From: Tissierellia bacterium
GTDB taxonomy: Bacteria > Bacillota > Clostridia > Tissierellales > Sedimentibacteraceae
DNA length: 64,000 bases
Direction of reading: 5' to 3'
Assembly (NCBI GenBank): GCA_012843025.1
Contig: DURT01000050.1
Location: forward strand, 2,128 to 66,127
Shown: positions 49,434 through 58,893 of the stretch, one piece after another
Numbering within the stretch: the first letter of the stretch is position 1
How the letters are laid out: each line of letters begins with the position of its first letter
Position numbers and translations under genes: made by a program
Notes under the pieces: generated by a model
Seen by the model: the letters and a program-made list of their open reading frames with translations, nothing else
What the model was told of the DNA's origin: nothing
The model's database searches: none

Positions 49434-51128
49434 ATGGCACGAAAAATACTGATTGTAGGAGGGGTTGCAGGGGGTGCTTCTGCTGCAGCCAGATTAAGAA
49501 GACTCAGTGAGGAAGATACAATTATAATATTTGAAAAGGGACCTCACGTTTCCTTTTCAAATTGCTCCCTTCCCTACCATCTTAGCGGAATAGTAGAATC
49601 TGTGGAAGATTTGCTTTTAATGGATCCAGATTTGTTTTTAAGCAGGCATAATATTGAAGTAAGAACTGACAGCGAAGTAGTATCCATAGACAGGAAGAAT
49701 AAAGAAATAACTGTAAAAAACAAGGACAAAGTTTATAAAGAAAGTTATGACAAATTAATATTGTCACCGGGGGCTGATCCAATTATTGAGGACATTGAAG
49801 GATTAGAAAATGCAAGTGTATTTACCGTAAAAAATGTTGTGGATATAGATAATTTAAGTAGGTATATTAAGAATAAGGGAGCTAGGAATATTCTTGTAAT
49901 TGGCGGAGGATTTATAGGCATAGAGACGGCGGAAAATTTAAAATTGGCCGGTTACAATGTTTCAATAGTAATTGCATCGAAGCAAGTATTGAATACTTAT
50001 GATTATGATATGGTTCAAATATTCCACAAGGAAATCCATGATAAGGGTATAAATTTACTTATAGGAGAAAAAGTAAAAGAAATAGAAAATAACAAGGCAT
50101 ATTTATTTTCAGGGAAAGTAATAGATGCAGATGCCATTATTATGGCGAAGGGAGTTAAACCTAATACTAGTCTTGCAGAAGAGGCAGGGTTGGAAATAGG
50201 TGAGACAGGTGCTATCAAGGTAGATAAGAATTACAATACCAGCGATAAAGATATATATGCTGTAGGGGATGCAATAGAAGTTTATAATTCATTAACCCAT
50301 TTACCAATGAAATTATCACTAGCAGGCCCTGCTCAGAAAGCAGCCAGAGCGGCAGCGGATCATATAAATAACAGGGTTACCATGAACAAAGGCTTCATAG
50401 GTTCCTCTGCCATAAAAGTTTTCGATTACAAGGGAGCGGCTACTGGTTTAACTGAATCCATGATAAAATCCCGTAATATTAAAATTGACTACGGTATAGT
50501 AAGGGCAACTTTATCTGATAAAGTAAGCTTAATGCCAGATGCTCATCCCTTGCATTTTAAGTTACTATATGAAGTACCTACGGGAAGAATATTGGGAGCC
50601 CAGGCTATAGGTAAAGGTGATGTAACAAAAAGGATTGATATAATAGCAACCCTGATTAAATTTAACGGAACCTTGGACGATTTAAGGGATTTGGAACTAT
50701 GCTATGCACCACCTTTTTCAACGGCTAAAGATGTGGTAAACTATGCAGGCTACATAGGATCTAACCTGTTAAACGGAGATTTTAAGCAGGTGAATGTTGA
50801 TCAGGTTAGGGAGATTGTGGAAAAAGGCGGATTTATAGTGGATGTAAGGGAAAAGTTTGAATATAAAAGAGGTCATGTAAAGGGAGCCCTTAACATACCC
50901 TTAAGTGAACTTAGAAAAAGATACAATGAAATTCCCAAAGATATACCCGTGTACTTGTACTGCAGATCCGGTCAAAGAAGCTACAACGCAGTTATGGCCC
51001 TTCAAAATTTAGGATATACTAATGTATACAATATTGCAGGAAGCTTTTTGGATCTTTCCTTTTATGAATATTTCAATGATGTAACTACTGGAAGAGAAAG
51101 AATTCTTACAGGCTATAATTTTAGATAA
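49434..51128 (+). CDS. CoA-disulfide reductase / NADH oxidase-family flavoprotein fused to a rhodanese domain
   Basis: 564 aa. FAD motif IVGGVAGGASAA, redox Cys SFSNCSLPYH, and a C-terminal rhodanese with the active loop YCRSGQRS. Confidence 0.85.
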   Translation: MARKILIVGGVAGGASAAARLRRLSEEDTIIIFEKGPHVSFSNCSLPYHLSGIVESVEDLLLMDPDLFLSRHNIEVRTDSEVVSIDRKNKEITVKNKDKVYKESYDKLILSPGADPIIEDIEGLENASVFTVKNVVDIDNLSRYIKNKGARNILVIGGGFIGIETAENLKLAGYNVSIVIASKQVLNTYDYDMVQIFHKEIHDKGINLLIGEKVKEIENNKAYLFSGKVIDADAIIMAKGVKPNTSLAEEAGLEIGETGAIKVDKNYNTSDKDIYAVGDAIEVYNSLTHLPMKLSLAGPAQKAARAAADHINNRVTMNKGFIGSSAIKVFDYKGAATGLTESMIKSRNIKIDYGIVRATLSDKVSLMPDAHPLHFKLLYEVPTGRILGAQAIGKGDVTKRIDIIATLIKFNGTLDDLRDLELCYAPPFSTAKDVVNYAGYIGSNLLNGDFKQVNVDQVREIVEKGGFIVDVREKFEYKRGHVKGALNIPLSELRKRYNEIPKDIPVYLYCRSGQRSYNAVMALQNLGYTNVYNIAGSFLDLSFYEYFNDVTTGRERILTGYNFR

Positions 51129-51139
51129 TAGTACACTGC

Positions 51140-51176
51140 AAAAGAAGCACTTATAATAATATTAAGTGCTTCTTTT
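51140..51176 (+). terminator. Rho-independent terminator after the CoADR-rhodanese gene
   Basis: AAAGAAGCACTTA...TAAGTGCTTCTTT followed by T. Confidence 0.75.
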
Positions 51177-51233
51177 CATACTATTGTATAAATAACTACA
51201 ATGTGATAAAATACAAATAAAAGTGAGGTAATT

Positions 51234-51632
51234 ATGGAAAAAACATTAGTTTTAATTAAGCCCGATGCTATTGAAAGAAAACTTATGGGTGAAATTATAT
51301 CTATTTACGAAAATAACAATCTAAATATCACGGAAATAAAATTATTGAAACCATCTGTAACAATAGCGGAAGAACACTATTATGAACACAGGGATAAACC
51401 CTTTTTCCGGGAGCTAATAGATTATATTACCCGTGGAAAAGTATGTGCATTAATAATTGAAGGAGAAGGGGTAATTGAAACTGTAAGAAGAATAAATGGA
51501 GCTACAGATCCTAAAAAGGCGGCAGCCAATACCATAAGGGGAAAATATGCACTTTCCAAGGAAGAAAACTGTGTTCACGCCTCTGACTCAAGGGAAAGTG
51601 CTGAAAGAGAAATTAAAATATGGTTCAATTAA
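51234..51632 (+). CDS. ndk: Nucleoside diphosphate kinase (short form)
   Basis: 132 aa with TLVLIKPDA and the active-site His context NCVHASDS. Confidence 0.9.
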   Translation: MEKTLVLIKPDAIERKLMGEIISIYENNNLNITEIKLLKPSVTIAEEHYYEHRDKPFFRELIDYITRGKVCALIIEGEGVIETVRRINGATDPKKAAANTIRGKYALSKEENCVHASDSRESAEREIKIWFN

Positions 51633-51647
51633 GAAAGGACTGATAAA

Positions 51648-52196
51648 GTGATTAAGGAATTTGAAGGTAATATGCCCATTATAGATGAAAAAACCTATAT
51701 TGCCGAAGGTGCTAAAATAATCGGTAAAGTTACTTTAAAAGAATATTCTAGCATATGGTTTAATACAATTGTAAGAGGTGATGTAAACTCTATAGAAATA
51801 GGCAGATATACTAATATTCAAGATAACAGTGTAGTACATGTTTCAGATGATCATGCAACAGTTATAGGGGATTATGTAACTATAGGACATAATGCTATAG
51901 TCCATGCATGTACAATTGAGGATCATTGCCTAATAGGTATGGGTGCAATTATTATGGACGGTGCTCATATTGGAAGGGGAAGTATTATTGCTGCAGGAGC
52001 AGTAGTTACTAAGGACAAGGTGATTCCTCCCTACTCAATAGTTGCAGGATTACCTGCAAAGGTAATAAAAAAGGCATCAGAAGATATATCACAAATACAC
52101 TCTCAAGCTTTAAAATATAAGACCTTATGGACCAAAAGGTATAATCTTTTACCAGATGGGGGAGGAGAGGAGTATGATGGAGGAAAAATAGTATAG
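51648..52196 (+). CDS. Gamma-carbonic-anhydrase-like left-handed beta-helix protein
   Basis: 182 aa, GTG start. Hexapeptide repeats with [21 protein letters not shown] and His ligand-like positions. Confidence 0.8.
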   Translation: MIKEFEGNMPIIDEKTYIAEGAKIIGKVTLKEYSSIWFNTIVRGDVNSIEIGRYTNIQDNSVVHVSDDHATVIGDYVTIGHNAIVHACTIEDHCLIGMGAIIMDGAHIGRGSIIAAGAVVTKDKVIPPYSIVAGLPAKVIKKASEDISQIHSQALKYKTLWTKRYNLLPDGGGEEYDGGKIV

Positions 52197-52241
52197 TGAC
52201 AGTAAGAAAGAACTAAATAATATTTCTTAAGGGGTGAACTT

Positions 52242-53108
52242 ATGGCTATAGGAATAATTTATGAATCAGCAGAATGGTCAAATCTTTATTTAAGGGATTA
52301 TTTAGTGAACAAAGGATTCGAGGTACTGTTTATTAATTTTGAAGAAGCTGCGTTAAATGCGGCTCAGTTTAGCAATGTAGATTTAATTGTTAACAGAATT
52401 TTTCCAAGTTCATACTTCAGAGGACATACAAAAACTTATTTTAAGGGTATTGATTTCTTAAATGAACTTAACAGAAGAGGAATACCCATGATAAATTCTA
52501 ACGAAGCCTTAATGTATGATTTTGACAAACAATTAGTCTGCAATACTTTAAGGAAAAACAATATTAACACTCCTAAAATATATTGCTGTTCCAGTGAATT
52601 CTCCATTGATAATATAAAATATCCCTGCGTAGTAAAACCTAACAGAGGGGGCAGGTCATCCTATACTCATAAAGTCAACAATGCCCAGGAGTTGTCCGAA
52701 GTATTGAAATTATTACCTAAGGTAGAGTTTATATTCCAGGAATACATTGAATCTTTAGATAATTACACTTTAAGAATTGAAGTAATAGATGGAGAGGTTT
52801 TTTCCGCTGTAAAAAGAAGTATGGATGAAACAGGCATTTCCTCATATCACAGAGGAGCTCAATATAAGCATGTTCATAATTTGGACAAACATATTACAGA
52901 TATGGTAATAGATACTTTAAATATATTAAATATTAAAATGGGTGGAATAGATGTTATTGTAGGTAAGAAGGGTCCCTTTATCATTGATGTAAATGCAACA
53001 TCGAATTTTTCAAAGAAGTTTGTTGATTTCTTAGGTAGAAATCCCTTAGACAGAATGGGAGATGTAATTATAAATGAATACTATAAGTTGTGCCAGGTAG
53101 CAGGTTAG
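52242..53108 (+). CDS. ATP-grasp family ligase (RimK-like), substrate unknown
   Basis: 288 aa. Central ATP-grasp segments YPCVVKPNRGGRS, FQEYIE and GGIDVI. Confidence 0.65.
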   Translation: MAIGIIYESAEWSNLYLRDYLVNKGFEVLFINFEEAALNAAQFSNVDLIVNRIFPSSYFRGHTKTYFKGIDFLNELNRRGIPMINSNEALMYDFDKQLVCNTLRKNNINTPKIYCCSSEFSIDNIKYPCVVKPNRGGRSSYTHKVNNAQELSEVLKLLPKVEFIFQEYIESLDNYTLRIEVIDGEVFSAVKRSMDETGISSYHRGAQYKHVHNLDKHITDMVIDTLNILNIKMGGIDVIVGKKGPFIIDVNATSNFSKKFVDFLGRNPLDRMGDVIINEYYKLCQVAG

Positions 53109-53205
53109 ACAAAGTTCCAAATTTTTCAACAAAATTTGAATTTTGGTAATGCATTTGTTTATAAATTATTATATAATTACAGCATAATTATATTGGAGGG
53201 GACTT

Positions 53206-54369
53206 ATGAAAAAGATCCGTAAAATATTTTCCCTGTGCCTTATAATAATTATGCTTTCAAATACTGTTGTATTTGGACAGATAAATATTAATGAAAATAT
53301 TAAAGGTGCATTACTGGGAGATTTAGAAACTGGGGAAATACTTTATGAATATAATATAAATCAACAATTGGCAATTGCAAGCATTTCAAAACTTATGACC
53401 TATCTTCTCATGATGGACAAGGTTGCTGCTGGAGAAATATCCTTGGAAGATGATGTACTTATAAGCGGTCATGCAGCTGCCACAGAAGGAAGCAGATTTG
53501 GTCTGGTAGCTGGAGAAACTGTAAAGTTAAAAACTTTAGTAGATGGAATGCTAATAGTATCCGGTAATGATTGTGCAACTGCAATTGCCGAATATGTAGG
53601 AACTAATGTAGATAATTTTGTTAAGATGATGAATGCAAAAGCATCGGAAATAGGACTCCTGTCTGCAAGTTTCATCAATCCCCATGGATTGCCTATTAAT
53701 GATGAAGATACAGGACAAAACAATATGTCCGTTTCAGACATTTATAAACTTACCCGACATATTTTAACCACATATCCGGAAATTTTAGAAGTAACCAAGA
53801 GGCCGGAGCTAACTATTCCTGAAAGAAATTTTAGCAGATCATCAACCAATCCTGTATTTGGATATATTGACGAAATAGATGGTTTGAAAACAGGATATAC
53901 AGATAAAGCCGGTATTTGTTTAGTTTCAACCATACCTGTTATGGGACAAGGTCAGGGAGAAGATTATAGGCTTATAGGTATTATTCTAGGAGCTCAAACC
54001 CATGAAGACAGGCTGAATAAAACAATAAAATTATTGGAATACGGGAAAAATAATTTCAGTAAAATAAAATTAGTAGACCTTTCAGAAGCTATTGATAAAG
54101 TTTATATTTCTAATTCAAAATTAGATAAGGTAAGTGTTTATCCTGCTTCTGACTTTTATAAAGTAATAAAAAACAGCGATGTGGTTACAACTAAGATAAC
54201 ATATAATGAATCTGTAAAGGCTCCCATTGCAAAAGGGGAGAAAATAGGTAAATTAAGTATCTTTGTCAATGGTGAGGAAGTTTCAGATATTGATGTAATT
54301 GTTAATGAAAATATTGAAAAAGCAAACTTATTTGTAAGAATAATAAGGTTTTTCAAAAAAATATTTTAG
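53206..54369 (+). CDS. D-alanyl-D-alanine carboxypeptidase (low-MW PBP, PBP5 type)
   Basis: 387 aa. Signal peptide, then SxxK (ASISKLMT), SxN (VSGND), KTG (LKTGYT) and the C-terminal PBP5_C-like domain. Confidence 0.9.
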   Translation: MKKIRKIFSLCLIIIMLSNTVVFGQININENIKGALLGDLETGEILYEYNINQQLAIASISKLMTYLLMMDKVAAGEISLEDDVLISGHAAATEGSRFGLVAGETVKLKTLVDGMLIVSGNDCATAIAEYVGTNVDNFVKMMNAKASEIGLLSASFINPHGLPINDEDTGQNNMSVSDIYKLTRHILTTYPEILEVTKRPELTIPERNFSRSSTNPVFGYIDEIDGLKTGYTDKAGICLVSTIPVMGQGQGEDYRLIGIILGAQTHEDRLNKTIKLLEYGKNNFSKIKLVDLSEAIDKVYISNSKLDKVSVYPASDFYKVIKNSDVVTTKITYNESVKAPIAKGEKIGKLSIFVNGEEVSDIDVIVNENIEKANLFVRIIRFFKKIF

Positions 54370-54444
54370 ATAAAATTTCCTAATTTTTTAAAATTCCGGT
54401 ATATTGACAAAAGGATTAAAATAGTTTAATATTAAAATTACTGC

Positions 54445-54521
54445 GCACCTGTAGCTCAGTTGGATAGAGCAGTGCCCTCCTAAGGCATGTGCCGGGGGTT
54501 CGACTCCTCTCAGGTGCACCA
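54445..54521 (+). tRNA. tRNA-Arg (anticodon CCT), CCA encoded
   Basis: Manual cloverleaf: acceptor GCACCTG/CAGGTGC, D arm GCTC-AGTTGGATA-GAGC, anticodon arm GTGCC-CTCCTAA-GGCAT, T loop TTCGACT, 3' ACCA. Confidence 0.9.
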
Positions 54522-54523
54522 AT

Positions 54524-54565
54524 AAGCAATTATTTTTGATTAAACAAGAATAATTGCTTTTTTTA
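54524..54565 (+). terminator. Terminator after tRNA-Arg
   Basis: AAGCAATTA ... TAATTGCTT followed by T7. The loop is long (18 nt). Confidence 0.6.
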
Positions 54566-54576
54566 TACAAAAATAA

Positions 54577-54611
54577 TTGACAACGACTGTACTATATATT
54601 ATAATACAGTC
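54577..54611 (+). promoter_or_regulatory. Sigma-A promoter with an overlapping inverted repeat (candidate YtrA/GntR operator)
   Basis: TTGACA (54577-54582), 17 nt, TATAAT (54600-54605). The inverted repeat GACTGTA (54586-54592) / TACAGTC (54605-54611) spans the -10. A related TACTGTATTA..TAATAGTACA follows at 54613-54637. Confidence 0.6.
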
Positions 54612-54672
54612 ATTACTGTATTAAGTGTAATAGTACACCTATAATACAAAGTGTATATAAGGAGGTGTTACA

Positions 54673-55071
54673 TTGATAAAAATTGACAATAATAATCCAA
54701 AAGCTATTTATGAACAAATTTACGATGAAATAGTCAGGTTAATTATGTCAAAAGTGTTTAAGCCTAATGATAAGCTGCCCTCAGTAAGAGAATTAGCTTC
54801 CATGACAAAGATAAATCCCAATACTATTCAAAAAGCTTATAAATACCTTGAAGATGATAATTATATTTACAGTATTAAAGGTGTGGGAAACTTTGTAAAA
54901 GATGCTGAAGAATTAAGGAATCTGCATATGAGAAATTTAAAAGAAGAACTATATAAAATTATAAAATCATTAAAAGAACTAGGATTAACCAAGGATGAAC
55001 TTATAAAAATTGTTAATGAATTTATAGAACCGGGAATAGAAGGAGGCGAAAGCAATGTTGGAAGTAAGTAA
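54673..55071 (+). CDS. GntR-family transcriptional regulator, YtrA subfamily
   Basis: 132 aa, TTG start after AAGGAGGTG. Winged HTH KLPSVRELASMTKINPNTIQKAYKYLE and a short C-terminal helical domain. Confidence 0.88.
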   Translation: MIKIDNNNPKAIYEQIYDEIVRLIMSKVFKPNDKLPSVRELASMTKINPNTIQKAYKYLEDDNYIYSIKGVGNFVKDAEELRNLHMRNLKEELYKIIKSLKELGLTKDELIKIVNEFIEPGIEGGESNVGSK

Positions 55072-55948
55072 TTTAAGCAAAAAATTCGGTGATTTTCAGG
55101 TTCTTGAAAATATAAATATAAATGCTGAAAAAAATCAAATCTACGGTCTTGTAGGATCTAATGGTTGTGGAAAGACAACTATTCTAAAACATATAATGAG
55201 AATTTATAAAGAGGACGAAGGATACATATCTTTTGATGGTGAAGAGGTGTTGGAAGGTTCTGAAATAATTAAGGACTTTTACTATGTTCAGGATATATTG
55301 TACTTCCCATATCAGTATACTTTGAATAAGTTATTTCAATATGAAAAACTAATGTATGAAAATATGTCAGAAGAAAAGTTTCAGTATTTACTCAAATATT
55401 TTAATGTAGATGGAAACAAAGTTTTAAATAAAATGTCAAAGGGACAAAAAAAACAGGCAGCATTCGTCTTGGCAATAGCAGCTCAGCCTAAGTTATTATT
55501 GCTTGATGAAATTGTGGATGGACTAGATGGAGTTATTAAAAGAAAGTTTTGGGATGTACTCCTTAAAGAGGTTATGGAAAACAGTATGACTGTAATTATA
55601 TCCTCCCACGATTTAAAGGAATTAGACAATATATGTGACAAAGTAGGAATAATGCACGAAGGAAAAATTCTTAAAGAAGAAAACTTAGAAAAAATGAAGG
55701 AAGAAATTAAAAGAGTACAGTTTGCAGTAGATGGTGAATTTGATCTTGGTGAATTGAAAGAATATAACATTTTAAAAACCACAAAAATTGGCAGTGTATA
55801 TATTTGTACTTTAACAGGAAATATTGAAGATCTGCGAAAGTACTTACAGAGTAATTACAATCTTCTCTTATTTGATACCTTGTCAATGAGTCTTGAAGAA
55901 ATATTTATCACCGAACTAGGAGGTGTAGGTTATGGAAAAGAAGAATAA
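55055..55948 (+). CDS. ABC transporter ATP-binding protein
   Basis: 297 aa. Walker A GSNGCGKTT, signature MSKGQKKQ, Walker B LLLLDE. Confidence 0.9.
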   Translation: MLEVSNLSKKFGDFQVLENININAEKNQIYGLVGSNGCGKTTILKHIMRIYKEDEGYISFDGEEVLEGSEIIKDFYYVQDILYFPYQYTLNKLFQYEKLMYENMSEEKFQYLLKYFNVDGNKVLNKMSKGQKKQAAFVLAIAAQPKLLLLDEIVDGLDGVIKRKFWDVLLKEVMENSMTVIISSHDLKELDNICDKVGIMHEGKILKEENLEKMKEEIKRVQFAVDGEFDLGELKEYNILKTTKIGSVYICTLTGNIEDLRKYLQSNYNLLLFDTLSMSLEEIFITELGGVGYGKEE

Positions 55949-57656
55949 TTTTATGCAGCTTCTTATGTATTCAATTAAAGAAAAAAGAAATTGGGCATTG
56001 TTATCCATGGTTATAATTTTGGTAACAACCCTGATGATACCATATATATTAAGAGCAGATGAAGAAATATTTATAATGTTCGGAATTATTGAGTTATTTA
56101 TTTTAGTTCTTATTAACTGTTTAGTTGACAACAACTTTCTTCATAATGAATATAAGTTAGCCTATTATAGGTCGAAACCTGTAACTTTAAGGAAACAAAT
56201 TATAATAAATATTATTACCAACACATTATTTACAGCCTTTTTATTGGTATTAATTATATTTTCTGTTGTTTTTCACGGTACTGATTATGAAATACTTGAT
56301 ATATTTAAAACGCTCATTCCATGGTTGGCAGCAGGCATATTGTTGGCATCTCTGTCTTCAATATTGTCTGGCAATACCCTTATGGCTGGAGCCATGACCA
56401 TATTTAATTTTTGTTTACCACTGATATTTTTTCTTGTAACAATGTTTATATTTTCCATATTAGAAAATGTTGTAATAGGATTCAATTTAAATGTATTGAG
56501 TGATTATTTCTATAATAATATATACCGGTTGGATTACTTGTACTTTGTTATATATTCGGACAAATCCATTGACTTTATATATGTTCTTCTTTTAGCAGTT
56601 ATACTAATATTTATTTCTCTGTTACTCCACTGGTGCATAAAGAGAAGAAAGAACGAAAATACAGGATTTATCGTATTTGACGGATATAAATACTTTGTAG
56701 CAGTACTTAGTTCCTTGATAATTCCTGCATTTTTCTCAGTAAGTACATCCCAATATATTAGTATCTTAAGCAGAATTGTTATTTCATTTTCATTGGCTGT
56801 TCTTACCTACTATATAATAATTGCATTTATTGAAAAATCCTTTAGAATATCTAAGTTGTCCATAAAGGTTTTTGCAGTAAGCATGGTGTTGTTTTCAGCC
56901 CTGACAGGGGGTACCGTACTAGTTGCAAACCAATATAAAAATATGGTTCCTGATCCTGAAGACGTAAAAATTGCCTATATAGGTAACAATAGTTGGGCAG
57001 TTAATGAAGTAACCAGATTCTTGGAGGACCCTTCCAGAAATGAAAATATGACTCTAAATGAGCTTACAAGAAACTATGGTATAATTACTTTTGAGGAAAT
57101 AGAAAATATTGAAAGTATTACTGAACTTCACAGGGAAATATTAAATAACCAAGAAATCCAGGGAGGAGATTATTACAGTAGTCGTTGCATAATAGCTTAT
57201 TGGATGGAAGACGGAAGTGTTTTAAACAGGTACTATGTATTAAAAGCTAACGATTCTCAAGAAGATTCTCGGGCTGTTGAAATAAAGAACGAAATAGCTC
57301 ATAAGATAATAAATTCTTCTGAATACAAAAGGCAAAAATATTACTACTTATATGATGAAGAATACTACAAAGGACGTAGCTTATATGCTAAGTTAGGAAA
57401 CAATCACAATATTCTTGAAGCTTTTGAAAGTGTTAATTTAAACGATCTTAGGGATATTCTAATAATTGACCTTGACGATTATATTGAAGAAAATAAAGAT
57501 GCCTTCTTAGAATTGACTACCTGGTATTATGATAAATATAGAGGACGTGAAGGTTATTATTTAGAAATCTATGAGAAAGTATCGGATAAGGATTCAAATT
57601 ATTTGGATGAATTATTTATAGATAACTTTACCAATACACTAAATTATTTTAAATAA
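55932..57656 (+). CDS. Polytopic membrane protein with a large C-terminal soluble domain (putative permease partner of the YtrA-type ABC system)
   Basis: 574 aa. About 9-10 hydrophobic segments in the first ~330 aa, then a hydrophilic ~240-aa domain. Translationally coupled to the ATPase (17-nt overlap). Confidence 0.6.
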   Translation: MEKKNNFMQLLMYSIKEKRNWALLSMVIILVTTLMIPYILRADEEIFIMFGIIELFILVLINCLVDNNFLHNEYKLAYYRSKPVTLRKQIIINIITNTLFTAFLLVLIIFSVVFHGTDYEILDIFKTLIPWLAAGILLASLSSILSGNTLMAGAMTIFNFCLPLIFFLVTMFIFSILENVVIGFNLNVLSDYFYNNIYRLDYLYFVIYSDKSIDFIYVLLLAVILIFISLLLHWCIKRRKNENTGFIVFDGYKYFVAVLSSLIIPAFFSVSTSQYISILSRIVISFSLAVLTYYIIIAFIEKSFRISKLSIKVFAVSMVLFSALTGGTVLVANQYKNMVPDPEDVKIAYIGNNSWAVNEVTRFLEDPSRNENMTLNELTRNYGIITFEEIENIESITELHREILNNQEIQGGDYYSSRCIIAYWMEDGSVLNRYYVLKANDSQEDSRAVEIKNEIAHKIINSSEYKRQKYYYLYDEEYYKGRSLYAKLGNNHNILEAFESVNLNDLRDILIIDLDDYIEENKDAFLELTTWYYDKYRGREGYYLEIYEKVSDKDSNYLDELFIDNFTNTLNYFK

Positions 57657-57661
57657 GTAAA

Positions 57662-57692
57662 GGGGACGTCGATGAATACCATCGTCGTCCCC
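57662..57692. terminator. Bidirectional terminator between convergent genes
   Basis: GGGGACGTCGATG-AATAC-CATCGTCGTCCCC (13-position stem, one T-T mismatch). Confidence 0.8.
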
Positions 57693-57701
57693 GGACTTTT
57701 G

Positions 57702-58727
57702 TTATTTTTGAACTATTGCAATAGGTGGAACTTGCATACTTGCCACAACTACATTTTCATTAAATACTATTTTTACCGGATTTGTTTCACTTTCTACGAT
57801 TATTTTCCTTGCCTTCACATCTGTAAGCTCAACTGTATTTACTTTTCCTGCTGAGATTACAATATCCCCCAATACTACCACATTCTTAATATAAACATTA
57901 CCATTCCCCACAGAATCCAATACCTTTAAATTTCCTACCACGACAGCACTGCTATAAGTTTCATTGTAATTGGTAATATTGAATCCGTATTCAATATTCT
58001 CATTTTCTACTATTTCATAAATAATTTTAACGGCTTCTGCTCGGGTTAAGGGCCTTGAAGGCATGTACACTCCGTTGGGATAACCTAGTATGTAACCTTT
58101 GTTGTAGACAGTATTCACACTGTCCCTTGCCCATTCCTGTATGGTGTTGTAGTCAGAAAGTAAGGTTGCTCCTTCTCCATCTACATTTCCTGTAGTTATG
58201 GCACCGGCAACTACCTTGGCTGCCTCTTCACGTTTTATGGGATTGTTTGGTCTGAACGTATTGTTTTCATATCCAGAGAAAAATCCTGCAGCTACAGATT
58301 TTTGAATATCTTTATAAAACCAATCAATTTCCTTTACATCGGAAAAGTTTACTTCTTCTGATATTTCTATTTTCAATGCACTGTTTAGAAGTTTGGAAAA
58401 TTCAGCCCTGGTAATTGTTCTGTCAGGTTTAAAAGTTCCATCTTCATAGCCAGTTACAAATCCCAATTTAACGGCATTATTTATCCAGTCTTTTGCCCAA
58501 TGGCCGTCAATATCAGTAAGGACAGATGATTGTCTCACTTCCTGGAATTCTGTATCTGAAATATTATTAATATCTAAGTTTTCATGGGTATATGTTTGCT
58601 CAGTATCATTTACCTGTTCATTATCGGTAATAACATCTAAAATATCTCCGTAAGCCGTTATATTTATGTTAATGGTCAGCAGGATACAAAGACTAAGTAC
58701 CCATATTTTATTAATTATTTTTTTCAT
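57702..58727 (-). CDS. Secreted S-layer-homology (SLH) domain protein
   Basis: 341 aa. Signal peptide, three SLH repeats (DIDGHWAKDWINNAVKLGFVTGYEDGTFKPDRTITRAEF and two more), and a ~100-aa C-terminal beta-rich domain. Confidence 0.88.
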   Translation of the reverse strand: MKKIINKIWVLSLCILLTININITAYGDILDVITDNEQVNDTEQTYTHENLDINNISDTEFQEVRQSSVLTDIDGHWAKDWINNAVKLGFVTGYEDGTFKPDRTITRAEFSKLLNSALKIEISEEVNFSDVKEIDWFYKDIQKSVAAGFFSGYENNTFRPNNPIKREEAAKVVAGAITTGNVDGEGATLLSDYNTIQEWARDSVNTVYNKGYILGYPNGVYMPSRPLTRAEAVKIIYEIVENENIEYGFNITNYNETYSSAVVVGNLKVLDSVGNGNVYIKNVVVLGDIVISAGKVNTVELTDVKARKIIVESETNPVKIVFNENVVVASMQVPPIAIVQK

Positions 58728-58893
58728 ACTACCTCCTTCTCTTATATAAGACTCAACTCCCTTTAGATTTGTTCCATATAAGATTATCTTTATTATAGAT
58801 TTATTAAGTTTTAAAGTAAACAGGTAATTAAAGACATATGTGTTGACTTCATTAGGAATAATAAACTATAATTGTAACAAAGGAAGGAATATT

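Noticed and set aside
54388-54570. 60-aa minus-strand ORF.
   Set aside because: It is antisense to tRNA-Arg(CCT) and its terminator, so it is spurious.
57672-57854. 60-aa plus-strand ORF after the membrane protein gene.
   Set aside because: It starts inside the bidirectional terminator and overlaps the 3' end of the SLH gene on the opposite strand. It has no RBS.
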